From: Rubritepida sp.
Lineage (GTDB): Bacteria > Pseudomonadota > Alphaproteobacteria > Acetobacterales > Acetobacteraceae
Reading direction: 5' to 3'
Length of the DNA: 61,654 nucleotides
NCBI GenBank assembly: GCA_041639675.1
Contig: JBEQBS010000001.1
Coordinates: forward strand, 1-61,654
Shown here: in pieces, positions 40,501 to 50,600 of the stretch
Layout: each line of letters opens with the position of its first letter
How positions within the stretch are numbered: position 1 is the stretch's first letter
Translations under genes and position numbers: made by a program
Notes under the pieces: generated by a model
Told to the model about the DNA's origin: nothing
Databases searched by the model: none
Seen by the model: only the letters and a program-made list of their open reading frames with translations

Positions 40501-41697
40501 TGCCCGCTCCCCGTCCTCGGCTCGCTCGTCGGGGCGCGTCTTGCCCGCGCCTCGTCGCCGGCGGATCGCTGGCCGTGGCTCGTCTTCTGCTGGCGGATAG
40601 CCCCGGCAGACCATGAGGCAGAGCTTCTTGCGGCCGCGCGAGCGGACGACGAGCGGCTGCACGCACTGATGCAGGACGTGGGCGAGAACTTCGACCCCGG
40701 CGGGCCTCCCCTGACGGCGCGGCACCGGGAAGTCCTGATCCGCCTGACCGGGCCGCGCTTCCCGCCCGCGCCGGCGCCCCCTGGGTCGTGGAGCAGGCCC
40801 ACGCCTTACGATCGCGCGTGCTTCGTGCATCGGCACATCGCCGCTCTCGGCGACACTGGAGGCGCGGAGGCGGGCGCCGGCCTGAACAGGCTGCTCTCCG
40901 ATCCGTCGCTCGCCGCCCACGCCGACCATCTGCGGAACGCCATCGCCGCTTGGCGTCGGAGGGCGAGGCTCGCGGCCCGGGCTGCGCCGTCAATCTCCGA
41001 CCTGGTGCGCGCGCTTTCCGGTGGGCCGCCCGCCACCAAGGCCGAGCTACACGCCTTCGTGGTGGCGCACCTTCAAGACCTGCGCCGCGAGGTCCGGTCT
41101 GCGGCTGAGGATGCATGGCGCGCGTTTTGGAACGTTGATGCGAAGCGCGGCCCAACCGAGGGGCGGCCGGAGGAAGACTGTCGCGACGCCATCGTTCGGC
41201 TTCTTGCCGCCCGGCTCGAGCGTGCCGGGCTGGCGCAGGAGACGGAGGCCCGGCGAGTCGCCCGGACGCGCTGCGACATCGTGGTCGGGCACATCGCCGC
41301 GCGCGTGCCCGTCGAGGTGAAGTGCGACTGGAACGGTGAACTCTGGACCGCGTGGCGCGAGCAGCTGGACAACCAGTACTGCACCCACCCCGAAGCGGGT
41401 GGTTTCGGCGTGTACCTCGTGGTCTGGTTCGGGGCACGGCGGGGTAGGTCCCGGCGCGTCCCAGCGCCGTCGGCGGGAGCGGCCCCGGCGAGCGCCGAAG
41501 AATGCCAGAGGATGCTCGACGCAGCCATTGAAGAGGACGCCGGGCGGCTGGTGACGGTGGTGCTCGACGTCAGCCCGATCTCCTCGGTTGGGCTCCGTGC
41601 CGGCGGCGGCCCGGTACGTGGCGGTAGCAAAACTTCACCGCCGCCACGAGCCCGGAAGCTGAAGACGAGCGGTGCGAAAAGCGCCGGCAAAACATGA
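37531..41697 (+). CDS. NACHT/STAND-like NTPase with long helical region and C-terminal PD-(D/E)xK nuclease (NLR-like defence candidate)
   Basis: Walker A LLGDPGLGKST, Walker B TLLDGLDE, LSCR, GNP.L, HRTVAEFLAA; C-terminal EEDCRD..RCDIVV..VPVEVK..QL..QY..GVYLVVWFG. Confidence 0.8.
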   Translation: MPDGLQQDEGVSTLLDASLRRTVLLQGGDGMPVPLGSLLDRRAVVLLGDPGLGKSTCMEAVARAAGAPLRTVRGFLAARAGDVGAPGTTLLDGLDETMALSADRTVVDEVVARLSAAGWPAFWLSCRPADWARADGRALLAECAPGGIAVAHLLPLSDDEIEAAVAGAGLDPPAVLRAMEAVGLLPLLGNPQTLRLVTEVFADGGSPTSRTDLYRRATEHLARESNRLHASAAARPSDAELLEAGGAAAAVLLLSGRVALAPRGAEIEGAVPIGTMDRLAPAAHLEAALQSRLFAATPGGGWVPAHRTVAEFLAAAWMARRVELGSEPLGRTLALICGGAGAPDPSLGGLFAWLAALLPDDAERFVGRDPYTVVAYGDVAALRPGARHALLAGLRDLSESEPFFRAGRWGEARLGALAVPELADGLRQIIATRPVRFHLLSCALEAVEHGAPLPDLTEDLAALIFDASLDTEVRTLAISTFANVAPAERLRTAFFALLADNTVDPGANLAGTMLLKLYPTVLGEDEVEAFLLRFVATDTGQGDRLHVEHRLPKRVPAVHAAGLLDRLARHAWPADAPHPLSRAHEVRELARRLAARAIPTAPPTRAVSWLALLAGDGTGGANHRELREAFASRPDLYVPLLAAVASLSVRDGAPLPPSMAPWRARQMLPWCEPPPDAAARLVAAVEADPDAEEALALYASALVLLLHDGGIGCEDIFERCHAAAGLRLEFEREREKFAVCPLGEQEEWRREERRRREEQARNDVETRQRSDGWLAERAASIADGSEEHGLEWLAQGWFGRIHAPGDAEPPRDPVDRLARLVQPEVTRAAMSGFRAYAERGPLPTPGELAARAGGVSIPAVGLAALAGADLLAVERGDAALAGLPPERRVALLCLGLVHATQTTVDRTVHRDRRPWMGAVADALPDESAAAVRALLLPQLAAGAAFLDGWDQLQGDPALRRLLRDVLPDLLAAVPAAGSALDPIWRTALVECPLPVLGSLVGARLARASSPADRWPWLVFCWRIAPADHEAELLAAARADDERLHALMQDVGENFDPGGPPLTARHREVLIRLTGPRFPPAPAPPGSWSRPTPYDRACFVHRHIAALGDTGGAEAGAGLNRLLSDPSLAAHADHLRNAIAAWRRRARLAARAAPSISDLVRALSGGPPATKAELHAFVVAHLQDLRREVRSAAEDAWRAFWNVDAKRGPTEGRPEEDCRDAIVRLLAARLERAGLAQETEARRVARTRCDIVVGHIAARVPVEVKCDWNGELWTAWREQLDNQYCTHPEAGGFGVYLVVWFGARRGRSRRVPAPSAGAAPASAEECQRMLDAAIEEDAGRLVTVVLDVSPISSVGLRAGGGPVRGGSKTSPPPRARKLKTSGAKSAGKT

Positions 41698-41699
41698 GG

Positions 41700-42045
41700 G
41701 GCGCAGGCGAACCTGTCCTTGCAGGTGGCGACCAAGCGCTACGAGCGCGGAGCGATGATCCTCACCTCGAACCTGACCTTCGGCAGCTGGGACCAAGCCT
41801 TCGCAGGCGAGACGGTGCTGATGGGGGCCATGCTCAACCGGCTGCTGCACCACACCAACTTGGTGCAGATCAGCAGCGGGAGCTTCTGCCTCAAAGACAA
41901 GCGCCGGGCAGGCGTGATGGCGAAGAGGGAGGGCCGCAGAGCGGCGCCGCCCGGGTTGGGGCTCGCCCCGCCCCGGGCATCATGCGGGTCGGATTTCAAT
42001 CGGCAACCCCGCGCAAGGCGGGTCAGAAGTCAACCGGCGTTGACA
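41700..42045 (+). mobile_element. istB: IS21-family right-end remnant (3' istB + terminal repeats)
   Basis: KRYERGAMILTSNLTFGSWDQAF..AMLNRLLHH..SFCLKDKRRAG; then GGGTCGGATTTCAATCGGC and GGGTCAGAAGTCAACCGGCGTTGACA (repeated end motif terminating in CA). Confidence 0.85.
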
Positions 42046-42164
42046 CCATCTGCAGTCAGGCCTCGTAGCGGCCTCATCGAAGTGCCTTCCTGCAGCCATG
42101 TGGACCCCGCTACGCCGTAAAGAGAGCCTATAGTGGACGCTATCAAGGACCCAGCAGGACTGCA

Positions 42165-43811
42165 TCACGCGGCACCGCGAACGAGATCAATCAACGCTTG
42201 CGGATCGGCCGGCAACTCGTTCCCACGCCAAGCCACGTGCTGGTCAGGACGGGAGAGGACAAGGCGCTCCCCATACCAGGGCGATGCCTCTGCGTCATCG
42301 AGGTCGAGCACCCTGAGCGGCACGCCACGCCCTTCGGCCGCGCGAACGAGCGGCGCGACATCCAGCGATGCGTCCGTGCGCAGCAGGCTGAAGCCTGGAC
42401 CTAGGCGATCGTAGAGCGAGCGCCCCTCGCCATCCCAAACATGCGGTGTGCGGCAACCAGGAACGGTCGAGGGCGTGAAGGCAGCCATGCTATAAGGAGG
42501 CGGCGCTTCGCCGTCGTAGGCGATGATGGGGGATCGGTCGTAGAAGTAGCCGAAGTTCAAGCCGCCGCAGCAGTATTGGTTCACGTTCAGATCGTAGGCC
42601 TCCTGGCCAAGACGACGGCGGGCCGCCGCGCCTTCGGGTCCGGGCGCCTCGATGTCCTCAGACACGCCACTGCGCTGGTTGGCAAGGGCGATGGAATGGT
42701 TCATCGCGAATCGCGAGACTTGGTCCGTTATCGGCAGGCGTTCGGCCTCGTAGGCATTGAGGATGGCGGGCTCTGCCCAACCCGACAGTACGCCCGCCAG
42801 GAGCCAGGAAAGGTTCGTGGCGTCGGCAATGCCGGCATTCATGCCGTAGCCGGCCATCGGCACCCAGATGTGGGATGCATCCCCGCAGATGAAGACTCGC
42901 CGGTCGCGAAACCGGTCCGCGACCAGACGGCGACCGATCCAGTCCTCCCTGCTGATGATCTCGTATTGGAAGTCGTCACCGACCCCGAGGATCTGGCGGA
43001 TGGAGCGGTCGCGGCTGACCGACTCGAAATTCTCTTCGTCCGGCCGCAGGTAGTTGTGGATGAGCCAGGTCTCGATGCCGTCTATCGCATACATGTTGCC
43101 GCTGCGGCGGGGGTTCAGAGAGAAGGTCGCCCAGGCACGGCGCCCGCCCATGCGTTCCAGGAGGTCCGGTGCGCGAATGAAGGTGGATTGGACGCGCTGC
43201 ACCACCGGGTCACCCTGGAATGTCGCGCCGATCGCCTTGCGGGTGGGCGAGGCACCGCCGTCGCAGCCAACAAGGTAGCCGCACGCGATTTCGAGGGGTT
43301 CGCCGCCGTCCAGCCGCTCAGCCCATACGCGCACGCCGGCGTCCGACTGTTCGAAGCCGGTCACGCGCACGCGATTGAGGATGCGCAGGTTCGGCATGGC
43401 CTGCGCGTGACGGAAAAGGATGGGCTCCAGGTAGATTTGGTTGATGCGATGCGGAGGCTCCGGAGTAGGCCAGTGCGTGTCCGGTCCGTTCCTCGACGTA
43501 TAGCGGTCGCGCCGGCAAGGAATGGGGATGCGCGACAATTCCTCACCGGTCGCGGTGATGCGATACGAGATGTCGTTCGGGAAGTCCTCCGGCAAGCCTG
43601 CGTCGCGCAGAGCCGCGGCAACGCCGAGGCGGCGGAAGATTTCCATGGATCGCGCCGAGACGTGATTGCATTTCACATTCGGAGGTTCGCCCTCGGCCCG
43701 CATTTCCGCGACGGTGACATCAACGCCCCGCCACGCGAGGTCCATCGCGAGGGTCAGCCCGACTGGCCCAGCTCCGATGATCAGCACGCTCGTGCCAATG
43801 CGCTCGATCAT
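42165..43811 (-). CDS. FAD-dependent monooxygenase (PheA/TfdB-like aromatic hydroxylase family)
   Basis: GAGPVG, GCDG, RVFICGDASH, GMNAGIADA.NL.W, YEAER, PG.R.PH, RPDQHVAW. Confidence 0.93.
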   Translation of the reverse strand: MIERIGTSVLIIGAGPVGLTLAMDLAWRGVDVTVAEMRAEGEPPNVKCNHVSARSMEIFRRLGVAAALRDAGLPEDFPNDISYRITATGEELSRIPIPCRRDRYTSRNGPDTHWPTPEPPHRINQIYLEPILFRHAQAMPNLRILNRVRVTGFEQSDAGVRVWAERLDGGEPLEIACGYLVGCDGGASPTRKAIGATFQGDPVVQRVQSTFIRAPDLLERMGGRRAWATFSLNPRRSGNMYAIDGIETWLIHNYLRPDEENFESVSRDRSIRQILGVGDDFQYEIISREDWIGRRLVADRFRDRRVFICGDASHIWVPMAGYGMNAGIADATNLSWLLAGVLSGWAEPAILNAYEAERLPITDQVSRFAMNHSIALANQRSGVSEDIEAPGPEGAAARRRLGQEAYDLNVNQYCCGGLNFGYFYDRSPIIAYDGEAPPPYSMAAFTPSTVPGCRTPHVWDGEGRSLYDRLGPGFSLLRTDASLDVAPLVRAAEGRGVPLRVLDLDDAEASPWYGERLVLSRPDQHVAWRGNELPADPQALIDLVRGAA

Positions 43812-43912
43812 GTTGACCTTCCTCCCATCCTCAGCGCTGCGACGATTTTCACATTGTAAGGGCTTTGTCCTTAAAGGATTAGCGGATAATACTCGTCATT
43901 TATCGAGGAAAA

Positions 43913-44806
43913 ATGATGAATGCGACCCTCAGGCAGCTTGAGGCTTTCTCCCTCTGTTCCCGGCAGGGAAGCCTGACCGCTGCTGCCGGGCGCATGGGGC
44001 TGACGCCATCGGCCGTGAGCCTGCTCCTCCGCCAATTGGAGGAAGAGATTGGCCTGCGGCTGCTGGACCGTACCACACGGCGCCTCCAGCTGACCGAAGC
44101 AGGGCGTGAGGCTCTCGATGGCGCCGAACGCATTCTGGCGGAACGCAATCGGCTTGCCACCCGCATGAAAGGGCTCGTCTCGTGCCAGGGTGGGCAACTT
44201 GCCGTGGCGGCATCCGCCGCCATCGCCGCGGTGCTGGTTCCGAAGATGCTGCAAGCCTTCAACAGGCAGCATCCGGGCCTCCGCCTGATCCTCCACGACG
44301 TGCCGCCGGACGGAGTCGTGTCCAGCGTCGAGAACGGCATGGCCGAGATTGGTCTCGGGACGGTGGGCGAACTCACGGACGGATTGCGCGCCGAAACCCT
44401 GCTGAGCGATCAGGTCAGCGCCATCTGCAGGCCCGACACGCACTTGGCGGGCCGGCGTCGGCTCACCTGGGAGGAAGTGATGGTCGAGCCTTGTATCTGC
44501 GTCGCACGAGGCAACCCGATCCGCACGCTGATTGATGACACCCTCGCGACCCAGGGGCGCATCTTGCATCCGAAGTGGGAGGTCTCCTTCTTTGCGACGG
44601 CGCTCTCACTGACCGTTGCCGGCTTCGGCGTCGCTCTTCTCCCGAGCTACCTCGTGGGGCAGGAGCCGCTCTCCGGCCTGATCGCCATTCCGCTTGAAGA
44701 ACCTCGGATTCAGCGGGATGTCGCATTGGTGTTGCCGGCAGGCCGAACCCTCTCGCCGGCCGCTACGGCGTTCATTGCTGTGGCGCGGCGCAGCATCGCG
44801 CGCTGA
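43913..44806 (+). CDS. LysR-family regulator
   Basis: TLRQLEAF..SLTAAA..LTPSAVS..LEEEIG.RLLDRTTR.L.LT.AG; divergent from the monooxygenase. Confidence 0.94.
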   Translation: MMNATLRQLEAFSLCSRQGSLTAAAGRMGLTPSAVSLLLRQLEEEIGLRLLDRTTRRLQLTEAGREALDGAERILAERNRLATRMKGLVSCQGGQLAVAASAAIAAVLVPKMLQAFNRQHPGLRLILHDVPPDGVVSSVENGMAEIGLGTVGELTDGLRAETLLSDQVSAICRPDTHLAGRRRLTWEEVMVEPCICVARGNPIRTLIDDTLATQGRILHPKWEVSFFATALSLTVAGFGVALLPSYLVGQEPLSGLIAIPLEEPRIQRDVALVLPAGRTLSPAATAFIAVARRSIAR

Positions 44807-44902
44807 AGATGGAGCGGCATGGCGGAATGAGGATCATCGGCGCCCCCCGCTTTACTCACAGCAGCGAGTTGCCAAGCCGCATGCCCGCTGGGCGTCCACC
44901 TA

Positions 44903-45751
44903 GGCTCAGGACTCATTGTCCCAGCCAAAAGGTGACGGTGGCGGCGAGGGTGATGGCTGCGAAGAAGGCGTGGGCGCAGCGGTCGTAGCGCATGGCGATG
45001 CGGCGCCAGTCCTTGAGGCGGCCGAACATGATCTCGATGCGGTGTCGCTGGCGGTAGAGCGTGGCGTCATGGGGGATGAGGCGCTTGCGCGAACGCGTTG
45101 AGGGGATGCACGGGGTGATGCCGCGGGCTTGCAGCTCTGCGCGGAAACGGTCGCTGTCGTAGCCGCGGTCGCCGATCAGCTCGCGGGCTGGCGGCAGGCG
45201 TGGGAGCATGATGGCGGCGCCTCGGTGGTCGCTGGCCTGTCCTTCGGTGAGCAGCAGGACCACGGGCCGCCCCTGGCCGTCGCAGGCGGCGTGGAGCTTG
45301 GAGTTCAGCCCGCCCTTGGTTCGGCCGAGCAGGCGGGGAAAAGCCCCTTTTTGAGCAGGCTGGCGGCTGTGCGGTGCGCCTTGAGGTGGGTGCTGTCGAC
45401 CATGATGCGCTCGGGCGGCCCGCCCTCGGCGGCGAGGGCTGCGAAGATGCGATCGAACACGCCCATGCGGCTCCAGCGGATGAAGCGGTTGTAGAGGGTC
45501 TTGTGGGGTCCGTAGGCCGCAGGCGCGTCGCGCCACTGCAAGCCATGGCGGATGACATAGACGATGCCACTGAGCACGCGGCGGTCATCCACGCGCGGAA
45601 TGCCGTGGGAGAGTGGGAAGTGCGGCGAGAGCCTGCGCATCTGCGCGGGCGAGAGCAGGAAGGGCGGCTTGGGACTGGGCCTGGGGGACCTCCGCCATGC
45701 CCAGAATCACAGCCCGCCGAAGCCGCGCAAGCGATTAATGGGTCCTGAGCC
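44903..45751 (-). mobile_element. IS5-family element (two-ORF, frameshifting type), about 850 bp
   Basis: Terminal IRs GGCTCAGGACTCATT / GGCTCAGGACCCATT; CTAG at both ends (44900-44903, 45751-45754; TA or CTAG duplication); slippery AAAAAGGGG at 45344-45352. Confidence 0.93.
44913..45640 (-). CDS. IS5-family transposase (OrfA + OrfB joined by -1 frameshift)
   Basis: OrfA PRVDDRRVLSGI..WRDAP..YGP.KT.YNRF.RW..VDST; OrfB GRTKGG.NSKLH..GDRGYD..YRQRHRIE.MFGRLKDWRR. Confidence 0.9.
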
Positions 45752-45815
45752 TAGGCTGATCTGTGAAGTCGAAGCCCGCCAGCGTGCGTAGGAAGGGGAC
45801 TTCCGCAATCCGTAT
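45752..45815 (-). pseudogene. istB: IS21 istB fragment interrupted by the IS5
   Basis: IRIAEVPFLRTLAGFDFTDQP matches the IstB N-terminal FP...L..FDF..QP motif; a faint continuation may lie beyond the IS5 (about 44820-44900). Confidence 0.6.
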
Positions 45816-45823
45816 AGGCGCCC

Positions 45824-47617
45824 TTACTGCGGCCCAGCCTCCCCGGTTGTTCCCAGCTCTGGGAAGACGGCGGCCAACTGGGCTAGCATCAGGCGCGCGA
45901 TTCCCGGCGACCGGATGTGGACGCCGACCTCCCCGGCCGGAAAGGTGTCGTCGGTTGAAGCGGAGGCCCAATTCAAGCTGGTGACGACCACGTCGTCGTC
46001 GTCCCAAAGCACAAACTTTCCGTGCAGCGGCACCTTGCTGGTCTGGATAAGCCGCACACCATTCTTCGCGGCGTCCTCAGCCAGTTCCCGGGCGTGGCGC
46101 CTCTTCAGCGGGCCGCTGGGTTGGGCGTAGAGAATGGCCACGTTCACGCCACCCCGGCCCGCGGCCACCTCACCGGGCAGGATTGCGCCAGTCCGCGCCG
46201 TTGAGCCAAGCCGGTTGCTGCCGACGACGAGGGTGCGGGCCACTGTGCCACTTGCGACCCGCATCAGCGCCTCGTGAGCCCCACCGTCCAGAATGGTCAC
46301 GGCAGAGGTCCCGCGCGGTGGCGGCAGGCCGGCGCCGCTTCGGAGGTCTCGAGCGGTGAGGTAGAGCTCCGAAGCAAGATCGCCGGAGAGGCCGCTGGAG
46401 GCGATCATACCCTGCAGGGTAAGCATTGCGTCTGCCACGGTGAGTGGGGCACGCAGGACGGCCGTGACCTCTACCGGTTGGAATTTAGAGGACAGCCAGT
46501 TGCAGGAGCTGACTGCGGCGATCCAACCCCCATCACCATCGTCCGCCAATAGCAACTTGGCATGGGAGCCCGTCACGCGCATGCGGATTCGGATCCCCGC
46601 GCACAGTGTCGGATCGGCTTGAATGCGGTCGGCGATGATCCGGGCGGCACGGGCGTTTCTGCCATCCTTGTCGGTCTCTGACCCCACGCCCCATAGCAGA
46701 TCTATTCTCACACCGCGGGCAGCGGCCGCGCGCAATGGTTCCTCAAGTTCCGCGAAGCGGTCCGCGTCTAGAAAGGTGGAGTGGAGGAGCACTCGGTGCG
46801 TCGCCTTCGCCAACACATCCAGCAGGAGCGAGCGCTGGCGACTGCCACCGACTATGAGGTCCTCGGCGTCAAACGCACATGGGACCGCGGCGCGGCCCGG
46901 CCCGTCGATCCGCCTGGGTCCGGTCGGGCGGACGCGGGGTCGGACCTCTCGGGGCGTAGCAGCGACCTGCGCGACGATGGCACGTAGCTGCTGGCTGGCC
47001 ACCTCTGGCAGGTTGCGCGCCGTGCCGTCGACGACTTGGACGCGCATGAGGCTGTCGTCCTCGATGACGGTCTCGCGCCCGAGCACGCGCAGTAGCCTAC
47101 GCTCGCCCCGGTTCTCCAGGAGGTCCACGAGCCTCGAAAGGCTGGCCTCGTGCGCCTCCGTGCCCTCGTCCACTTCGAGGATGCGGACGTCGGCGTTCGC
47201 GTTGCGCTCGCGCTCAAGGTCGACCCGGCGAGAGAGTCGTACCTCGCGGGAGAGAAATGCCTCGCCCGAGTAACGCTCAATGACGAAGTTGAATCGCTGC
47301 GTGACCTCGCGGGGCAGCCGCGGCAGCGGTCGCCCAGTTCGCACCAACTCGGCTCCCGCGACGCTCGCGATGAAAGCGGCCGCGTCCCGATCTGGCCGGA
47401 CCTCGACGAACCTGAATCGCATCAGGCGGGCAAGAGAGGCTGCAACAACCTGGAGCGGGAGGCCAGAATCCCGGGAGAGCGCGGCGAGCGTGCCCCCAGA
47501 CCCGCCGAGCGTAAGGGCAAGCAGCAGGGCCTCGTCGATGACGCTCCAGTCCCAACCGTAGTCCATCACGGCCCGCCCCCGGATCCGGCGCACGGGGATG
47601 CCGACGATTATGCTCAC
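45824..47617 (-). CDS. mkoB: PLD-family protein with two HKD motifs and N-terminal wHTH-like region (Mokosh type I MkoB-like)
   Basis: SHAKLLLAD..SSCNW and LHGKFVLWD..TSLNW; GTG overlaps the helicase stop. Confidence 0.8.
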   Translation of the reverse strand: MSIIVGIPVRRIRGRAVMDYGWDWSVIDEALLLALTLGGSGGTLAALSRDSGLPLQVVAASLARLMRFRFVEVRPDRDAAAFIASVAGAELVRTGRPLPRLPREVTQRFNFVIERYSGEAFLSREVRLSRRVDLERERNANADVRILEVDEGTEAHEASLSRLVDLLENRGERRLLRVLGRETVIEDDSLMRVQVVDGTARNLPEVASQQLRAIVAQVAATPREVRPRVRPTGPRRIDGPGRAAVPCAFDAEDLIVGGSRQRSLLLDVLAKATHRVLLHSTFLDADRFAELEEPLRAAAARGVRIDLLWGVGSETDKDGRNARAARIIADRIQADPTLCAGIRIRMRVTGSHAKLLLADDGDGGWIAAVSSCNWLSSKFQPVEVTAVLRAPLTVADAMLTLQGMIASSGLSGDLASELYLTARDLRSGAGLPPPRGTSAVTILDGGAHEALMRVASGTVARTLVVGSNRLGSTARTGAILPGEVAAGRGGVNVAILYAQPSGPLKRRHARELAEDAAKNGVRLIQTSKVPLHGKFVLWDDDDVVVTSLNWASASTDDTFPAGEVGVHIRSPGIARLMLAQLAAVFPELGTTGEAGPQ

Positions 47618-50600
47618 GAAGCTGCTCCCAGGAGACCCACAGGCAGCACAGCGGCGAGAGGGGTCCCGTCGGGTGCCCGCCGGCGAGCCAAATCGTCGAT
47701 CGTATCGAGGGCCTTCGTGATGAAGCCGAGATCGTGGCCGTCGTCGCGGCCAGGGTTCACGCCTCGCACGGCCTCCCGGAGAAACGCCAGGCTCCCGACA
47801 AGTACAAGACGGGAACGGGCGCGGCTGAGCAGAACGTTCATCCGACGCGGATCCGACAGGAACCCGAGCCCAGAGCGCCCTGTGCGAGGGTTGTTGCGGA
47901 CGAGAGAGATCACGACGAGATCCGCCTCGCTGCCCTGAAACGAGTCTGTGGTGCAGACAAAGCCGAGGCCGGGCCGGGCAGGGTCGAACGCGTCCAGCCC
48001 GGCGGTCCGAGCGGCACGGAGCCTTGCGTCGAGGCGGGCGACCTGTGCACGGTAAGGAGAGAGGACCGCCAAGGTCGGGCGCCTCGTCGTCCCCGTTCTC
48101 GGCCGGGCTAAGCGAAGCACGTCCATGACGGCTTCCACCTCCCGCGGATTGCACCAGGCCGGTCGCTCTTCGAAGTGCTCGGCTCGTCCAGTCTGGCTCA
48201 CGTGTTCGAAGTCAACAACGATGACAGGGCTGGCAGTGAGGGGAGCGTCGAACTCGACGGTGGGGGAGCAGGCGTACGCCTCTCGCTCCCGTTCCAGCAC
48301 GGTGCGGAGTTCGCCGCCGTAGAAGGCGTTCGAGACGATCTCGGCCACGGCAGGGTGCATCCGCCGCTGCTCCGTCAGCGTGGCCGCAATCCGGCGGCCA
48401 GTCGGGTTCACGCGGCCTCGCCTTTCGTCATCCTCCGCATAAGCCCGAAAGGGCTGGATCAACCGCAAGGCCCCGGCGGCAAGCCGTTGAAGCGTGTCGC
48501 TGTCCTCAGCCGCCCGCCGCAACTCCGCGAGCTCACCGCCAGCGAATAATGCGCCGACCTGCTCTTCTGCCAGAGATAGGACCTGCGCGAGGAGGCGATG
48601 GTCGGCGAGGATGCGCTCCAAGCGTTGGGAGTCGAATGGCGGGAGCTGCCGGTGGTCGCCGATAAGGAGGCGTCGCCCAGCCAACGCGAGTACACCCGTC
48701 AGCTCGGGCCCACTCACCTTTGCGGCTTCCTCGACGGCGACCATATCGAATCGAGACCGCTCCTGCACAAGGCGTTCAACGACAGATGAGTTCGTTGTGG
48801 AAACCACGACGTTCGCTGCGTCGAGGAGAAGGTCTGTTGCCGCCCAGACCGCCTTGCGCTGCGCGCTCGTCTGGCCACCGGGACCTGTTGCGGACAATGC
48901 ATTGAGTCTGTCGCGGAAGGAGGGCGGCGCTCGCTCAACCATCGCGCTTCGGGAGAGCGCGGCCAGCATGTCCGCGGCCTTTGCAGCGAGGTCGGCGGCG
49001 GTCGGTGACCGGTTTTCGGACTGGGTACGCACGAGCAACGCGCCGGCCGGGAGCGCCTTGGCGACCTCTTCCTGAAGGTTGTCCAACGCGTCATGCCCCT
49101 GTGCCGTCAAGAGCAGGCGGGCACCGGGCTCAGCCGCGAACCGGCGCCGCACAACCTCGCGAGCGAGGCGCGTTTTGCCCACGCCTGGGGGTCCCACAAC
49201 GAGAAAGAGGGGAAGCGTCGAGGTCAGCCCCTGCAGCGCACGTTGCTTCGGCGCGTCCAACTCTCGGAATTCGTTGTCCTCAGTGACGGTTTCCCGCGAG
49301 CTCCGCCGCACGAGGTAGGGGTCGGCGAGCATGTCCGCCAAGCCGGGCTGGTCAGCGAGTGCGGCGATGTTACGCAGTCTGCGGCGGATTACGCGTTCCG
49401 TACCCTGATCATCGCCGGGCCGCAGGAAAAGCTTCCCCCCGACCGGGACTTCCCCGTCGAGCTCGAACCGATAGACAGGTATGCCGTCGACTCGGCCAAG
49501 GCCGATGAAGGTGAGGGCCGCATCGTTCCGCCGGTCCCCGAGCGACGGGGATGGACCAAGGAACCACGCTCCCTCGCCCTCGCGGTCATCTTCCTCGAAT
49601 AACCGCCTGAGGGTGGCTGCTGCGGTGCCGAGGCCGACCTTCCTCGCAATCTCGTCACGTTCACCGGCAACCGCCCCAAGCTCGACCACCCTGCGCCCGC
49701 GCTCTGTGCTCAGGCCGGCAACCGCTACTGGCAGGGCTTCAAAGGAGCGGACGAACGCTTCTACAACCTGGATGAGGTTCAGCGCCCGGCGGACATCGCC
49801 TCGAACCCTCGCCTCCGGCTCGGCCTCCTCGGCGCCCGCGAAAGCGCCCCAGTCCAGGGCCGCGGGCCCGAGTCGTGCGCGAAATTCCCTGGCCTGGGAA
49901 TGGGTAGCGACGATCCGGACCTCTTGCGCTATCTCGTGGGCCGTGCCCCACCCACCGCGCGGGTTGTCATCGTCGCGAAGCGTAGCGGATTCGCAGAAGG
50001 CGATGTCCCACGACGCCTCACCGCCCTGCTCGCGAAAAGGCCGCAGGGAGTACGTCATTAGCTCGGTGACGAGGAAGAGGCGCTCGGGCTGACTGCCCGC
50101 CCGCGTCGGCACGAAGAGGGTGGCACCGGACGCCAAGTCCGCGGCGGCCCACGAGTGCTGCTCCCGGACTTCATCCTCTGCGATATCGCCGTTGGTTGCC
50201 CGCGCGACCGAGCGGCCCAGGCCACTCGCCTCCGTGATGAGCAAGGCGAGAACTCCGGTCCTCGCGAGGCCGGTGCGGCCAAGTTCCGCCACGATGGCGT
50301 CGATGGAATTCAGGACCGACCCGGCGTCGGCGCGGTCTGACTGCGTTGGCGAGCCAAGGCGGCGCAGCAACAACGCCTCAGCGGGCGACAGCTCCGGCGC
50401 CCCGGCGCCGCCCGCGCCCCCTGTCGGTGCGGCATCGAGGATGGCCGCGGCGAAGGCGCCGAACGCGCGCCAGTCTGCGGCGAACGAGTAGGCCTCTGGC
50501 CTCGGCGCCGAAGGACCAAGCGCAGGCTGTGAGGGCGTCCCCGTCGGGGCGGCGAACCAGAGGCTCCACTCGAAGCCGCCCAACTGAAAATCTGGTTCCT

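Noticed and set aside
17860-45815. A single istB split by a 28-kb insertion
   Set aside because: The two minus-strand scraps look consecutive in IstB, but the 45.8-kb scrap seems to have its own degenerate continuation past the IS5, so separate copies are more likely
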